Assembly (NCBI GenBank): GCA_963847015.1
Contig: CAWJYI010000026.1
Coordinates: 27,775 to 91,774 of the forward strand
Direction of reading: 5' to 3'
DNA length: 64,000 nucleotides
DNA from: an uncultured Alphaproteobacteria bacterium
Lineage (GTDB): Bacteria; Pseudomonadota; Alphaproteobacteria; Rhizobiales; Xanthobacteraceae
Both the position numbers and the translations under genes were made by a program. Shown here one piece after another: positions 62,887 through 64,000 of this stretch (the stretch's first letter is position 1; each line of letters starts with the position of its first letter). Under the pieces are notes generated by a model that saw only the letters and a program-made list of their open reading frames with translations, did no database searches and was not told the DNA's origin.

Positions 62887-64000
62887 ATGCACGACCGAAC
62901 ACCCCCCACACCCCACCTCACCGATTCCGAGCGGATTGACCGGTTGCGGCTGATTCGTTCCGACAATATCGGCCCGCGAACCTTCGCCTCCCTCCTCCGC
63001 CATTTCGGCGACGCGCGGTCGGCATTGAAGCAACTGCCCGATCTGGCCCGGCGTGGCGGCGCTTCGCGTTCCGGTCGCATCTGCAGCGAGGAGGATGCGC
63101 TGGCTGAACTGGCGGCAGCCCGGAAGATCGGCGTCTGTCTGCTCGCACCCAATGAAGCCGGCTATCCGCCGCGACTGGCGACGCTGGATGACGCGCCCCC
63201 TGTGCTTGGCGTACGTGGCGCGCCGGAGACGCTGATGCGGCCGATGATTGCGATCGTCGGCTCGCGCAATGCGTCCGGCGCCGGGCTGAAATTTGCCGCC
63301 AAGCTGGCGCGCGATCTCGGCGATGCCGGCTTTGTCGTCATATCCGGGTTGGCGCGCGGCATCGATCAGGCCGCGCATCGCGCGACGATCCAGAGCGGCA
63401 CCGTCGCGGTGCTGGCCGGCGGTCATGACAAGATTTATCCGCCCGAGCATGAAGATTTGCTGGCCGCGCTGCTCGAGCAAGGCGGCGCGATCTCCGAAAT
63501 GCCGCTCGGCCACGTGCCGCGCGCACGGGACTTCCCTCGGCGCAACCGGCTGATCTCGGGCGCGGCGCTCGGCGTCGTCGTGGTGGAAGCCGCCCATCGG
63601 TCGGGTTCGCTGATCACCGCGCGGATGGCGGCCGAACAGGGCCGCGAGGTTTTTTCGGTGCCGGGCTCACCGCTCGATCCGCGCGCCGCCGGCACCAATG
63701 ATTTGATCAAGCAGGGTGCGACGCTGACCACGGAAGCCAGCGACGTCATCAACGCGGTCGCGCCGATCATGGAGCGGCCGGCCGTGTTCGGCGTGCGCGA
63801 GCCCGATGGCGAGCCATTGGATTTCGACGCAGGCACGAGCGACGCGCACAGGGATCATCGATTTGCTGGGGCCGAGCCCGATCAGTCTCGACGATCTGAT
63901 CCGGATGTCGGGCGCCTCGCCCGCGATCGTGCGCGCGGTGCTGCTCGAACTCGAACTCGCCGGACGGCTGGAGCGCCACGGCGGCGGACTGCTGTCGTTG
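62887..64000 (+). CDS. dprA: DNA-processing protein DprA; frameshift near 63845, runs to the window end
   Basis: Manual translation: [56 protein letters not shown]. Confidence 0.92.
   Translation, partial: MHDRTPPTPHLTDSERIDRLRLIRSDNIGPRTFASLLRHFGDARSALKQLPDLARRGGASRSGRICSEEDALAELAAARKIGVCLLAPNEAGYPPRLATLDDAPPVLGVRGAPETLMRPMIAIVGSRNASGAGLKFAAKLARDLGDAGFVVISGLARGIDQAAHRATIQSGTVAVLAGGHDKIYPPEHEDLLAALLEQGGAISEMPLGHVPRARDFPRRNRLISGAALGVVVVEAAHRSGSLITARMAAEQGREVFSVPGSPLDPRAAGTNDLIKQGATLTTEASDVINAVAPIMERPAVFGVREPDGEPLDFDAGTSDAHRDHRFAGAEPDQSRRSDPDVGRLARDRARGAARTRTRRTAGAPRRRTAVV

Overview
GC-rich chromosomal segment of an alphaproteobacterium. Gene order and intergenic REP-type palindromes suggest Bradyrhizobium or a close relative (inference). 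1-16.4 kb is an accessory metal(loid)-resistance region: two divergent ArsR regulators, a collapsed LMW-PTP-type arsC remnant, an aquaglyceroporin, a Grx-type arsC, a flavoprotein oxidoreductase with two MFS transporters, chrBA, a GST, a CDF exporter and a PQQ dehydrogenase. 16.5-34.2 kb is core genome: parC, recO, era, rnc, lepB, acpS, pdxJ, rel/spoT, rpoZ, NYN protein, UDG, smpB, mscL, dapA and a lytic transglycosylase. 34.3-42.3 kb is the most unusual part. The last 208 bp of an Omp2/RopA-family porin locus (gene end plus terminator) is duplicated and brackets a 1.5-kb islet holding a phage-primase-like fragment and a PKHD-type hydroxylase. After it come tRNA-Ser(GCT) with att-arm-like remnants, a candidate small RNA with a 14-nt perfect complement of the porin ribosome-binding site, a short array of palindromic ~19-bp repeats and an unannotated 30-aa Lys-rich peptide. 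42.3-64 kb holds gatCAB, a class III cyclase-TPR protein, hydrolases, ruvX, aidB, ddpX, pyrB-pyrC-plsY, an amidase and dprA. Many single-base frameshifts, including in parC and plsY, point to indel errors in the consensus rather than true pseudogenes. All calls come from reading the sequence and ORF track; no database searches were run.
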